From the NCBI RefSeq assembly GCF_037042905.1, contig NC_087252.1, positions 11,968,001-12,028,000 on the forward strand: DNA of 60,000 nucleotides, read 5' to 3'. This DNA is from Lytechinus pictus. Its lineage: Eukaryota. The translations under genes and the position numbers were made by a program. Position 1 is the first letter of the stretch. The number at the start of each line of letters is the position of its first letter. The notes under the pieces are model-generated. The model saw only the letters and a list, made by a program, of their open reading frames with translations, ran no database searches and was not told where the DNA came from. Positions 11,601 to 26,600 of this stretch are shown here, in pieces.

Positions 11601-14600
11601 TTTCTTATCAAATAAAATAAAATTTCATTTATCCATAGGGGCTATACGGTGTACAATGCACTGTACATACTACACCTCATATATCCATGCATTGACCACC
11701 ATGGCATATGACAAGGCCTGTATTTAAACTATAGTGTCATAGAAATGAGCTTCAAAGGTTTAGAATTAGATTGTGAATTTGACTCCTTGTCAGCTGATGT
11801 ACACGATGAAACCAGCAACGTAAATTGCACTTAAATATCACATACATGTATATATCATATACGTACATCACATTTTTAGCCATATCTTCTTCATTTGGAG
11901 GCTTTTTTTTTTACCTGGTTCTGGTGTCTATAAACTGGCCTATGTTTATGCGGTCAGGTAACTACTAGTATCATGGTAACGCTGATCGATAGCCAATCAG
12001 AATAAAGGATTGCATGCAAGTTACCATTACAGTTTAGTTAACATAATGGTAAATTTTCATGCAACGGGGCCCAGAATAGCTACAGTGTAAATTACCTCTC
12101 TCCGGCCCCTGAATTAGCATATTTGACAAAACAGGACTCAATTTCTGAGACAATTTCTGAGGCATCTAATTCTAAACCTGAGAGCTCATTTCTATGACAC
12201 TATAGTTTATACAAGCCTTGTTATCTGCCATGGTGGCCAATGCATTTATGCAGTGCAGTATGTATACACATGTACAGTACATTGTATACTGTATAGCCCC
12301 AATGGATAATTGACATTTTTTTAATTTAGTAAGATATATTTCACAAATATCCGTAAAAACCCAAAGTGGAGAAATAAAAGCAATATAGCTATACTAAGCT
12401 GCTTGCTATTGTTGACCTCCTACCATCTAATATCCCAAAACCCCACGATGATTAAACCTACTTTTTTGCTGAAAAAGGGCTACAAAAAAGAGAAAATTTA
12501 GGTATAATTACCTTTTAACTCTACAAATAATGGTTTAAAAGTACTAATTTTAGGAAAACAAATTGCCTGCCCCCCAAAACATATGAATAGACACCAAAAC
12601 CAGAGAAATTGACCACCAAATAAAAAAGTTGTGGCCAAAACTGTGATTTTGGGGGGTTTTGGCGGCCAATTTGGATTTTGGCCCGGCACATATTTTTCTC
12701 GGACCCGAGACAAAAAATATTGTCATTTCATGTTGAGATACATTACAAGGAATAAAAAAAAAACTGTTGTCATATTGAAATTACAAAAAAAGTATTTTTG
12801 ACCCATGTATAGCCCACTCTTATTTTTACTGAGCAATTTTGCCGGATTTCTTTTGCAGATATTAAAAATATGCATTTTTCAAAGGTTATTGTATAATGAA
12901 TCACAACAACAATGTTTTCATTTGCACTTTTCTTTACAAAAATAGTCAAGAAAAAGGGGTTTTTGTCACCCAAACCATCATATCTTAGGTCAATGACTAT
13001 ATTGGTATCATAATAACAACTTTATTCATGAAATAACATATATTTTTCATGATATACTTTATAATTTTTAACGTATTTTCAGACTCGAACTCACATTAAA
13101 GTTCAAATAAAGTCGTGCAAATTAAGCGACCTGAACATACTGTTCAGTAAGGGAAATGTTAAATCAGTTTGTCATACATGTTTCTACTAACCATTTAGCA
13201 TGTGTTTCAGGCCACGTGATTAAGGTCAAATATCCCTCAGGGTCAATGAACTTTGACTATGTAAAGGTATCAACGTAAAATGACAGGATATGGGTAATAA
13301 ATGATCATCTGGCATTAATGTCAAGTCATATGGTTAAGGTCAATCGGGGGTCAACTCAATGTCTGTTAAAAGTTTCTAAAAATGGACAGGTTTCTAGATT
13401 TTAGATCAGTCAGGATAAACGTGCATATAACGGTAAGGATATATCATAAATAAGATGAGTATAATTTCAGGTTACTGGTACAAGGTCGAAGGTTACTTCA
13501 GATCAATATACTTGGATGTGAAATAATTTTCTTTTTAATCTAAAAAATACTTAAATTGATGGGCCGGGTTGAGAATATTTATATCTAAATAAATAGAGTA
13601 AAAATTTCATCAAATAACGAAGTACTTGAATTTTAAAGTTTGGCAATATTTTGTAAAAACAGTTATATGCACGTGGTCATGAATATTCATTAGGTGGACA
13701 GATGATGTCACATCGCCACATTTCTTTTTTCATATTTTATTACATGAAGTCATAACTTTTCTCATACATGTGTAATAATGTGTCTCCATTAAGATGAAAT
13801 AAGTTGCAGCATTAAATAACTAATGCACTTAATCAGTTGTCAATCCAATTGTTCTAATTGCTGGTAAAAAAAAAATGTTGAATACACCTAATTGCATATA
13901 ATAAAATACTAAATGGCAGGTGGGAATATGACATCATCATCCGACCTGATGAATATTATGAAAACGTGTCTAGGTCTGCTTCACCGGAATAATGCAAATC
14001 TTAAAAATTCAATAACTTCATTATATGTTGTCCTATTTTTTCAAATTTTTAGCATTTTGCTCTGTAAATGTCACTCTATTTATTGAAGTATGAACATCTT
14101 GAGCCTGGTGCATTCCTTTAATCACGATAAATTAAACTTATATGAGATGGTTATCGGATATCTGAAATGAAATAAAAACATGTCATGTTTTAGATGAAGT
14201 TCAAAAGTATTTTGAAGTCAATAAACTTTATTTAACCAAATGAAGGTGGGTCTCCTCCTTAAACATATTCATCTTACAAGTGCTGTAGCTGTTTTCATAG
14301 CCAGTGTTGCTGCTATTTTGAATTAAGAAGTGCAGGCAATCCTTAAATATAAATTCGAATTCTGGTAACGATCTCAAAATCACTTTTTACAGAATCTAAT
14401 ATAATGACCACCCAATTGCCTGTTTGTATGAATAAAAAATATGTGCCAAAGGATTCTGGAAGAAATGGTGTAATTGCTGAGAAATAAGCAAAATAAGCGC
14501 GGATTCGGTCACTTCCGTCGGGTCTTTATTCCAGCAATAATAATACACTGCCCCACGTGTGCCTATCTGTGTTGGTGATCTTCAGTGTGAACATTTTTCA

Positions 14601-17600
14601 GCGTAGATTTCAAGATTTCACAAAGTTCAGTTTATGTAACTGTACCAGATCTACATGTAGATTCTCGATGATATACTGACAATTAAGCCTGGTCTTACAG
14701 ACTTTCTCATGAACTCAGTGTTTACTGCAACTACTGGAATTTCTCTTTAAGAATTCAACTAGTTTCAAGTTGACAATTTATTGACCATAAATGACAATTG
14801 GTATTTGCTAAGTGACCTGATATTCCATTCGTTTTGCTGATACTTGATAACTATTATATTCATGAAAAGGGTCATTTTACTCTCAGTGTTTATACGGTGA
14901 CATTTCAAAAAGTAAATCTTGGCTAAGATTGTAATGTTGATACCACAATATGATATGGGTAATAAAGTGTCACTGATCATCCACGAGTTTCAGAAGGTCA
15001 AATGATCAAGGTAAAATATCATTTTAGGGTGAATGAATTTTGACTATGTTCGTGGTATCAATATTAAAATCTTAACCTAGGTGATGTTCTAACGTGTCGT
15101 CATAACTTTGAAAGTGTAAGGACATATAGAAAAAAAAAGGTTATCAAGTATTGGCACACTGATGAATGAAATATTGAGGTCACTAGGTCAAAGGTTATTT
15201 GAGGGTCAACTGTTTTCAACTTAAACAACGTGGAACGCCGCTGGTAGCTTCATCTGCACTGCATAATTCAAGAAAACGCCACTGCAGACTGACTTTGAAA
15301 ACAATTACCATTCTCGCAAAATGAAAGGTTGAAAAAACAATTAATAGATACCATTCATCTAAAATCAAAAGTTCATTCACCTTAAATGACCTTTAACCAT
15401 GACTAAAAAAAAATATCACACATCATTTGTGATATCCAAGAACCATCTCATGCAACGATCATTGATGAGTATGTGTTAGATTAGGAACAAAATATACATT
15501 TTAATCCAATTTGATATATCTGAAATGACCTTAACGGTGACCCAGTGTTCTGGAATCACACTAATTCATGATGCCTATTAATCTTTATCCATGTTTAACA
15601 TAATACTGATTGATAATTTTAAAATTGTGAAAATTTTAAGATCTAACCTAATATTTTTTTCTTCTTTTTTTTTGCCATTCACATGAAGATCTTAAATTCG
15701 CTTATCTGTTTGCTGATACGTATTGATGAACATTATATGAACGATTTATAGAATAGTGACTTGCTACATTAGGCCTATCTTGAAAATGAAAAGTCTTAGT
15801 ATTCATTAAGTTTTGATTAGTAAAATCACAACATGGTTAAAGTGCAATAATCCTCAATGACCCTTCGTCTTGATAATGTGACCTTAAACTCATGCAAGAT
15901 GATCAGTGATACTTTATTACACACATCCTCTAAGTTATGATGATTTTGTTTTCCAAAACTTAACCTTGGTTAAGATTTCTAAGGAGTTGATGCCTTAACA
16001 TGTGACCTGAAGCACATGCCAAATGATTTATAAAAGCATTGTATGACACACTGGTTTATAATTTCCTCCACTTGAAGGTATGTTGAGGCCGTTTGATTTT
16101 CAATACCAACATATTTCTGGACCTCATGAATGGTAGTTTAGCTGTTATAATCATGATTCCTGGTTACTTATAGAAGCCGCTATATTGGCAAAAAACACAA
16201 ATTTTTGGCGGCCATTTTTTAAAATCCAAGATGGTGGCTATAAAAGCATCGCTGCAAATGGAAATATTGTTATTCTAATAATTTGTACAAAAACCTTTCC
16301 AAAACAATATAATTTTCAATTTCTCCAAAAGAAAAAAAAAACGGGCAAAGGCTCAAAAATAAACATGGTGAACCTGGCTACCCTTTCATTTTTTATTTAA
16401 TTAGACCTATCATTCAAGTAGTCCTTAATTCCTTAAATCTAATCTGAGGGTTTAAGGTACTTAAAAAAAAAATTATAAATGTATAAATATGATTACAGGT
16501 CTTCACCTTGTATATCGGCTGGTTCACTACACAACCCTCTTCCATAAGTCACCACAACTACGTCATCATCCGGGTCAATTCTGATCTCTGTACCGGGGTC
16601 ATTGCACTTTGTCTCATTCACAAGGGGACAGTCTGATGTTTGGAACGTCTTCAGGAGAATGAAGCAGATTTCATCCAACGACTGATTTGCCTTTGACAAT
16701 TGAAGGACTCGCCACTCTTTTACTCGAGTGACTGTTACACCTGTAAGACGTAGGAACAGTTACTTGTTTTTGTTAGAAACCCAGTCATACTTCAATACTA
16801 ACATTTCAATTTGATATCAAGTATTGGCCACTGTGTTTCATTTGGAAGGGGGCACGCATGTATTTCTTAGAAAATTTCAGTCGAGCTAAGTAAAAACAGA
16901 AATACAAGCCAGAATTTGAGTTCAGTTGTGCATGTTTTATTTTAGAAACATACATTATTACTTAAGACATTTATTTAAACAAAAGACAATGAAAACAAAG
17001 CAGAAGACGAATACTTGGAAAACAATGTTTACAAAGTAAATGTATGATTAACATCTTTTAGTCGAATTGCGTCGAAATTAATGTCAGACCGAATGTGTCA
17101 TCACGAAAAGAGAAAATATAAGTTTTTGTATTGTTATGCACTTATCAAAGAAGGATTGGATCAAATTATATTTAAAAAAAACTACAAATTTCCCTTTCCA
17201 TCTCAATGAGAATCGAGATACATGTCTGTTTTTGCTACAAGCACCTCGCATACATGATCAAACATGATACATGATACATTTGCCACTCTCGACCCAGGTG
17301 TAGTAAATGGGTACCCGGTAGGAAGGAATTCCTTGAATGCTCGATGCGCCCGATCAGGGTAGCCGTGCTAAAGCCGGGGTAATAGTATGCAGCGCTTAGA
17401 AACATTTGTATTAAGCGTTATATAAATGTTGCATATTATTATTATTATTATTATCAAAATCTAAAGGGATTGTCAATGATCATAAAACATGTCAAAATAA
17501 ACTCTTCACAAAGTAGCAAAATGTCAATTTTTACTTGAGTATTTACTTTTAGATTTTTTTGTTGTTAATTAAAAGATTTAAATAAGCAATAAAGAGGTTC

Positions 17601-20600
17601 TTGCAAAGCAAAGTCCTCCAACACAAAAGGAAAAAATGATTCTGAAAAAAAAAAGAATCAAAATAAAAGTAATGTATTTGATACATGTTGAAAAGTGGCA
17701 CATTATGGTAGGAAATGAAAAGTGATCATGTTTTCTCAATAAATTACTTAGGCCACGTTGAATCATTGTGTACTGGGAAAGCGGATGGTTTCCTGGTAAG
17801 AAGAAAATAATAAAGACTTGTAACTAGTACAAATAAACATACCCTTACCATAGTTCTCTGGTTGTAAAGCTGTAAATAACCAAACAAGGAAGCGCAGCAG
17901 AGAAAAAGAAACAGAAAAATAATTCAATGCCAATCCATAAGTAGCTTTCAATCTGGCAAGATTATGACCTGTTTTGTTTCAATTACAATGCAAAAAAGAA
18001 ATTGAAGTATCAAGTGGACACATTTTTTTTTTTTCAACTGAAACTACACCTGTATATCTTTCTCTTTATTATTAATCACACATGAATTAAGTCTATCAAA
18101 GGCAATGCATAGATAATATACAAAATAGAGGTAGAAATTGCAGAAATTGTAATGTATAAAAAAGATTGGCCTACTGTACAGCATAATTATTGATACATTT
18201 TAGGAGCAAAGGGAACCCATAAGAAAACACAAGCTTCCGTTCTGAATGCACTTTGGGATGATTATTTTTTTTAATACATATGGATATATATTAACTTCTC
18301 GAGTGACAGTCTTTAGACAGATTTCACGGGTCATCCAATTAATTTGGAAAATTTTGTCTGAGTTAATACAGAATAAACATTATTAACAGAGTCCGAACTT
18401 AACATAATTTATCACCTAAGGCATACAAGGAAAAGTGATTCTTTGTAAATATGTACGTGTCAAACTAACAGCAGGTGAATGAAAAATTTGAAGCTAAAAT
18501 TTATTTATGTTTAATTATCAAGTAGTTGGAAAAAACAGAATAACTTACGAGCTGTGGAAACCACTGTTGTCTCCATACTACTATTTCCCGCACTGTTTTC
18601 TGACCACATCGTCAACCGGTACCAGGTGAATGGATTCAGGTCATCCAGTCTGAATAATGGTTGTGTCAGGTTGGTAATAACACCACACTCTTCCTCCTTC
18701 GCCAGTGTGTCGTTTGGACAGTATTCCAGATTGAACGTCTGTTGAAACCCACCATCGAACCCTGGTTGCCAGGCAACGAAGAGAGTTGAAGATGTCGTCT
18801 GGGTTTGCTCGACGATGAGCCAAGAAGGTGGATCAGGGATGGCTGAATTTATCGTGAGGGTTGATGAGACATATGCGATGAAACTATTTATCATTATTTA
18901 TAATTTCATACCATTTCATGTTGTAATCGATTATGTTGAAATGGGTACATGACACAGTAAGTCGACTGAATAATATTTCGAAGCTCTCAACCTATTCTAA
19001 CATATCTATCATAATACAAATATATAGTATAGAAACATTACTAGGTAGTATCAGATACACATAAAGATTTAACTAAGAGTAATTTTTCTCATTTCTGTTA
19101 CAGGAAGAACAATTTGAAATTAACGAATCTGTTTTAATAGATATGAATAATACCTTATCTACCAGTGGACCTAAATGGTCGTCATTCATCTCCACTCATT
19201 TGAAAGTAAAAAGGACACGAATATATTTTAACATACAAAATAATACAGACTATTATCAAAACTTCACACATTTTATCCTATTCTATTCTACGTTTAGCAC
19301 TATTGAATACTTACATGATACGTTTAGTACCATGCTCTCATTCACTAAGCGACCCAGGAATGTTTCAGGTTGAACTGCCTGGCAGAGAAGACGTTTTCCA
19401 TCATCAAACCTCTTTGGTACGAAGATCAGAGTGCTTACAGAATCATATCGATTAGCTCTATTCAAAGATGACTTTAGCGATGAACTATCTGTCAAGTTTC
19501 TTGATCCAATATACCAATGAATGAGAGGAGCTGGGTATCCATTAGAGGTTCTGCATGTTACAAGTGTTTCAATACCATCTTGCAGATCCACTGGAATGGT
19601 AATATTGACGTCATCTGGTAGGCCTTGAGAAGATAAAGAACAATTGTTTAAGGTGAAGCATTATGAAAAATGATAATGCAGAATATATATTTTTCAAGTG
19701 TCGCCATGAACAACAAAAGTTCTACGTTCAAATGAAGTAAAACAGACGGCATTGAATTGATTGTTGGTAGACTTAATTTTGCAGTTCATGAAATTCAGAA
19801 TCTTAGTAGACACACTCTGCTTCTTAGTTGACCACTTTGACGAGAGGTGTCCATGTAGGCCTATCATTGCAATTTTGGATAACATATTTTTTTTTATTGT
19901 GATACTCACCGTAAACCCTTAATTTAGAAATATTTAGGCCAACAACTTCGTTGTCCATGAAAGCGTTACACTGAACGTTTTTTCCGTGGTCAGTTTTCGT
20001 CGGACGTATTTTGATGGTAGTCTCTGTGTCGAACAACTTCTCATGGGAAAGGCTTGAAGTCTTTGAAGAATTTGTGATGGGAATAATGTCAGAGCCGTGA
20101 GGAAAAGACAGATCAACTGCTGGGAAGGATCCGACACTTTTACACGTGATTGATGTCGGTAAATCTTCTTGAACGTATATGGCCGTTGACTGGGACTGGT
20201 TACTTCCAGTTGGAAAGAGTAACACATTTTTAGGCCAAACTACAAAAGAGAAGGAAATAAATGTGAGAAAGAGAAAGAAAAGGAGGGTGCGAAAAAAAGG
20301 GACATGGTGCATATTCTGTAGACATGATTATAAGGGGAACAAATTTCGCATAAGGTGAAGTTGTGGTACATGAAGATCATCTTTACGAGACCAAAAAAAA
20401 AAAATTATATGACGTTGATGCACGTGGAAACAGTACACAGTGTCTTGTTGGCCTAAATAGTATCATCAGTAACACATTGTCAGGAACTAAGCAATGATCT
20501 TGACTCGTGTGATGTCATAAAACGTTGGGATGCTCTTATTTTTACTATAACCTCACGCAATTCCAATAACTTCAATATGCCCAACATGACCAGTGATATT

Positions 20601-23600
20601 TCCAGTAAATTGTGCGGTCAAGCCGTTCGTTTTGACGATGTTGACATGGGGTTCATCTGATAGGCAAATTGTTCGCCTGATAGGGTTTAATTTTCTGAGG
20701 AATATCATTCACAAAGGAAGAACATATTTGGCTATGATATCTAATAAATGATTCAAGATACATCGGAACTCACCTAGCACCATCAACCTGGATACCGCTT
20801 GATCAACAATGTTGACATCCATATATGCGTTGCATTGAATGTACTGTCCATGGTCATTCTTCCCTGTTAGTATTGTGATAGTACTCTCTGTGTCAAACAA
20901 ATTATCATCGGAAACGACACTACGAGTCTCTGTGTTGTTAATAATGGTAATGTTGCCATCGGGAAAATACCATTGTAATTTAGTCGCTGGGAATGATCCA
21001 AGTGCCTTACATGTGATTGAAGTTGTTGCATTTTCGTTAATGTATAGACTTCTTGACCGAGTTCCATGTTCCTGATGGCCTTCAGCGTTAGGAACAAAGA
21101 GCAGCATACTAGATGGTAGAACTGCAAGAAAGCGGATTGACACACGATGCTTATTGATATCACGTAAAATCAACTCAAAGTAATTATTTCTTTAGTGCAA
21201 TCAAATGAAAATGTTTTGAAAATTAGAAAATACGAGAGACAGAGATATAAAAAAAACACACTTAACTTAGACCCGCAATGAAAGCTATATCAGTAAACAA
21301 TGACTAAAGCCAATGAAAGTAGAGGATGGTTTGAATATCTAGAGAAACAAATCTTTCCTTCCTAGGTGATACATACCGTGAACATTCAAATGTACTGATA
21401 GTTGAAGATTGTTTTGAAGTAGTGGATGTGATGCAATGCACTCCAATATCCTTCCTCGGTCATTCCTAGAGGGTTTGATTGTTACAGTTTTCTGAGAGAT
21501 ATAATGGTTTTCTCGTATGGCATTAGACTGATCACGGGATAATGTTACTATATCGTCGGGCATATGCCATTGCAATACTGCAGGAGGCCTCGCCCAGTAT
21601 GCTTCACATATGATGTTAACTTTATGTCCAGCCGTTACGGTTATAGTCGTGTTATGAAAGTAAGGATGATTCAATCTCTCGTCTGTTACACGAATCCCGA
21701 AGGGGGGAGCTGGTGACAGAAGAATAAATACAAGGTAATAAATGTCATGTATCTCTACTTAATTTTTGTATTGCTGAATTACATTGGTCTGAAAATAATG
21801 AAAGTTTACTTCTTTTGGATGGAATATCTATTTTTAAATTATATCGCCATTCTAAGATTAATGACACTAAGGATATTTATTGCTATTGCTTAGTTTATTC
21901 AATCGTTTCCCTGCTGTCCATCTAATCGATATCATATTTTCGAGGAAAAAATATAAAACCGTCGTAGAGCAGCCCCCTACTCATACAAAAGTAATTACCT
22001 TTTGGGTCATGTAACAACTACATTGTTTGTAGGGAATAACTGTCAAATAAGCCTAACTGTCAAATACGCCAAACGGTCATATTGTTCTGCTTAATACACT
22101 CAGTTCCTTTGGTGTTAGGGGTCAGGCATATGAATGGTTTCATTCTTATCTTTCCTGTCACTCACCGATTGTCTGTATTAACAACTGTAAATCTACTAGT
22201 ATGACACTCACGGTGTACCGCAGGATTCCGTTGGAGGGCCGACTTTATTTTTGATTTACTTGATTGGTTGGGGACATATCTTACGACGCCATATACATGT
22301 AACATCAAGTATCCCATATATGCCAATGACATCCACATCTATCTATCAATCAAACCAAACAAAGCTGATGCAATAAATGCAATCACCCTTCTGGAGAAAT
22401 TGTCTATCTGACATTCATTCCTTGTTGGAATTAAAGAGAAATGCCAGTAGTTGCAGTAAACACTGATTTCATGAGAAAGCCTGTAAAACCAAGCTTAATT
22501 GTCAGTATATCATCGATGATCTAGATCTGGTACAGTTACATAAACTTAACTTTGTGAAATCTTGAAATCTACGCTGAAAAATGTTCACACTGAAGATCAC
22601 CAACACAGATAGGCACACGTGGGACAGTGTATTATCAATGCTGGAATAGAGACCCGAAGGAAGTGACCGAATCCGCGCTTATTTTGCTTATTTCTCAGCA
22701 ATTACACAATTTCTTCCAGAATCCTTTGGCACATATTTTTTTCTCATACAAACAGACACCTGGGTGGTCATTATATTAGATTCTGTAAAAAGTCATTTTG
22801 AGATCGTTACCAGAACTGGAATTTGTCTTTAAAATTGAATCTTTAAAATTGAATCCCTCCAAAACTGAGTTCCTTTCATTTTAGTCCAGGATAGGCCCCA
22901 TAGAGAAGGGGTCGAACCTTGTTTTTTTAGATATACAATGTTTTTTTATGTTTTTTTGTCAATTCGAGGGTGCTGATTCCGAATCTGAATGATGCCACTC
23001 TTGTAACCTTGAGCATTTTCCGCAAATTGGCAAAATCCAATATGGCCGCCAAAATATGCAAATTATACCCATGAAAATCATAAAATTGCACACACATTAA
23101 CTATAAAATGCATGTAGTTGTTGTGCAGAAGTGAAATACTCGTTGGAAAAGCGATATTTGACAAAATGTTTATTTTATTGATATTCTAAATGGCCGCCAT
23201 AACCCCTGTATACTTTATTATGTAGAATATGAATGGGGAAAAATAAATTTTAAACAAGAGCACTATTATTGCATGTGATTGTGACCTACGAGTAGACTAC
23301 TGTCTGAAAACATGATTATTAACAAAACTATGTCATTTGTATACTATCTAATGTGATAAATGCTGTATTATGATATTCAAAATGGGTGTCATAGACTCCT
23401 TATACTGTGTTCAATATATTAAAGGGGACAAATAATTTTCACAATATTTGAATTTGCTTGACTATAAAATGCCAATAACTGCGAAATATTGGTGTAACAC
23501 TGTCTGACAACAATGATTTCTAACAAAACATATAATTTCCCTTGCAATTTTGGTAATTATGCTGCATTTTGACATTCAAAATGGCTGCCATAGGCCCTAT

Positions 23601-26600
23601 CTGTATTATGAACAAAGCGAATGAAGAAACTAATTTTCACAAGAGTAAGAACAATAAAATGAATGTAATTGTAATCTACGAGTGAAATATTGTCTAAAAA
23701 CATGTTTTCTAGCGAAACATATCATTTCCTTTTTCATGAATGAGATAAATGCTGTATTGTTAAATTCAAAATGGCCCCTATGGGCCATTACAGTATTATC
23801 TACAATATAAATGGGGACAAATACTTTTGAAAGAATTAGGATTTGCCTGACTATGAATTCCATATAATTCTGTTGTATAAGGAATATATTGTTTAAAAAC
23901 GTGATTTTTTAATGAAATATAGTATTTCCTCTCCCATGTAGGTGATAAATACTGTATTTTGACTTTCAAAATGGCCGCTACAAGCCCTTACTAAATTATG
24001 TAACATGCGTATATAGGGAAACTAATTATCACCAGAATGAGAACCAAAAACGCACATAACTATGTGATGTATAGGTAAAATGTGGTCTTGAACATGATTT
24101 CTAACTAAATTCATCACATATTGGTCGAGAAGGTAATAAAGGCCTTACTTTGAAATTCAAAATGGCTGCCATAGCCTACAGCAGTATGTACATTGTAAAT
24201 GGGGACAGATAATTTTGACAATTCTTATATGAAAATTGCTTCATTTTTATGTAAGTGTTAAGTATTGTCTAAACCCAATGATTTCTAACGAAATATATCA
24301 TAGCTTGTGTCAAAAAGGTGATGAATGCTGCATTTTAAGATTGAAAATGGCCGCCATAGTCCCTTATCTTAATATGTAAAATTCTAATGGGGAAAGATAA
24401 TTTCCACAAAAAAAACCATATCACAGCCATTTTGAATTTTAGAATATAGCATTTGTCACCTAAATAACATAAGAAATGATCTATTTCGTTAGAAATCATA
24501 TTTTCAGACGATATTTCACTCATACATGCAACACCATTTAGTCAGGCAAAGCCAAATTCTGTTAAAATTGTATGTTCCCATTCACATAGTACATAATAGG
24601 TCCACCGTTAGGGCCTGTAGCGGCCATTTTGACTTTCAAAATAAATTATTTATCACCTACCTGGCAGAATAAATGATATATCTTGTTAAAAATTATGTTT
24701 TCAGACAATATTTTACTCTTAAATCACACTTATATGTATTTTATGGTGCTGACTCCTGTGAAAATTGGTTTCCCAGATCGATTGTACATCATACAGTCAA
24801 TGTCTTTGGCGGCCATTTTGAAAGTCAAAATACGATATTTAACACAAACATGATACCCGAATAATGTATTTCGTTGAAAATTATATTTTAAGACAGTATT
24901 CTACCAATTTACCACAAAAACATGCGTTTTAGCGCTCACATCGTACATCATAATTTTAGGGCCTTAGGCGGCCATTTTAAATTTCAAAATGCAGGATTTA
25001 TCACATACATGACGTGTTCAATAATAAATTTCGTTTTAAAACAATAATGTTTTTAGTCAGTATTCTACTTGTTTATCTTAACAAATTGCATTTTAGTGCT
25101 CACTATTGTGATTTTTTTTGTCACTATTCACATTGTACATAATAGTGTTATGGCTTTTGGAGGCCATTTTTAATATAAAAATACAGGATTTATCACATAC
25201 ATGACATACAAAGTTAGATATATCTTTAGCAATCATGTTTTCAGGCATTACTTCACTCATATATCATTATTACTTGCATTTCAGTGCTCACATTTGTGAA
25301 AATTAATTTTCCCAATTTGTATTGTACAGGGATCTGTGGCGGCCATTTTGAATATCAAGACATTAAATATTTTGCCAAAAATCATTTTTTCAGTTATTAT
25401 ATCACTCCGGCAGCACAATTGAATGTATTTTATAGCCAATGTGTGGACAATTTTATGATTTTCACGGGTAATTTGAATATTTTGGCGGCCATTTTGGATT
25501 TTGCCAATTTGCAGAAAATGCTCAAGGTTACACGAGTGGCATCATTCAGATTCGGAATCAGCACCCTCGAATTGACAAGAAACCATAAAAAAACATTGTA
25601 TATCTAAAAAAACAAGGTTCGACCCCTTCTATCCTGGACTAGTTGGTTCACGGGCTTAACTTAGAAAGGTCAAATTGTCATCCGTCTCTTTTTTCGGGAT
25701 GTACTGTAAATGTGTCCCAGACGTATCGTAACCTGGGGGTCATGTTAGATTGTGAAATGTCTGTCACAGCAAATAACCAACATCTGTAGATCTGTAAGGA
25801 ATCAGCTCCATAACATTGGGTACGTTAGTCAGAATTATATTGAACAAGTCATACGACACACCGTCGGCTGATTTGTTCTCAAGTCTTAAATGAATGACAC
25901 TAGACAAACGATTTGAGCTCAGTCGCGTTTTGATGATATATAAATGTGTTCATAATTTAGCACCTTCTTACCTTCAGGTAAACTTAACCAATCCAAATGA
26001 TGTACATGAACATCATACCAGACAGAGAGACAGTGGATATTTACGCGTGCCCAAGTTTCGCACTGATTGTTATAAGTGTAGTCCAATCGTATCTTCAATA
26101 TTTTAATGGAATAAGCTTGATAATTCAATTAGAACAGCTCCTTCTGTCATTTCATTTAAGAGAATGTTTAAAAGAACTTGTAATTTATAAATAACTTGCG
26201 GAACATCCACTGTTGTGCTTATTTTGTGTTAGCATGACCTTGATGATTTGGTGTATATTATCAGTATTTTCAAGATGTCCTTAGTTAATTTGAATTATTG
26301 ATATTTTATTTAACGTCAAACGAGTGCCCGTCTGCGTTTTTGTTTGCTGCTAAGTTTGTTAATGTTTCGTTTTACATTCAAATCCTAATGTGAATCTTAA
26401 TGATGTAACATTCTGTACATACGTTATGCATTTTGTAAATATGTTTATTGTTATTCAGGGTCCCATGGAAGACCACTACTTATTGGTGAATGGGCTACCC
26501 TGTCAAAATATCAGAAATAAATAAATAAATAAATAAATACTTGTCAAAATCTGCAACTGAAAAATTAGTTCATGCACTGATTTCTTCAACTAGATTTCGG

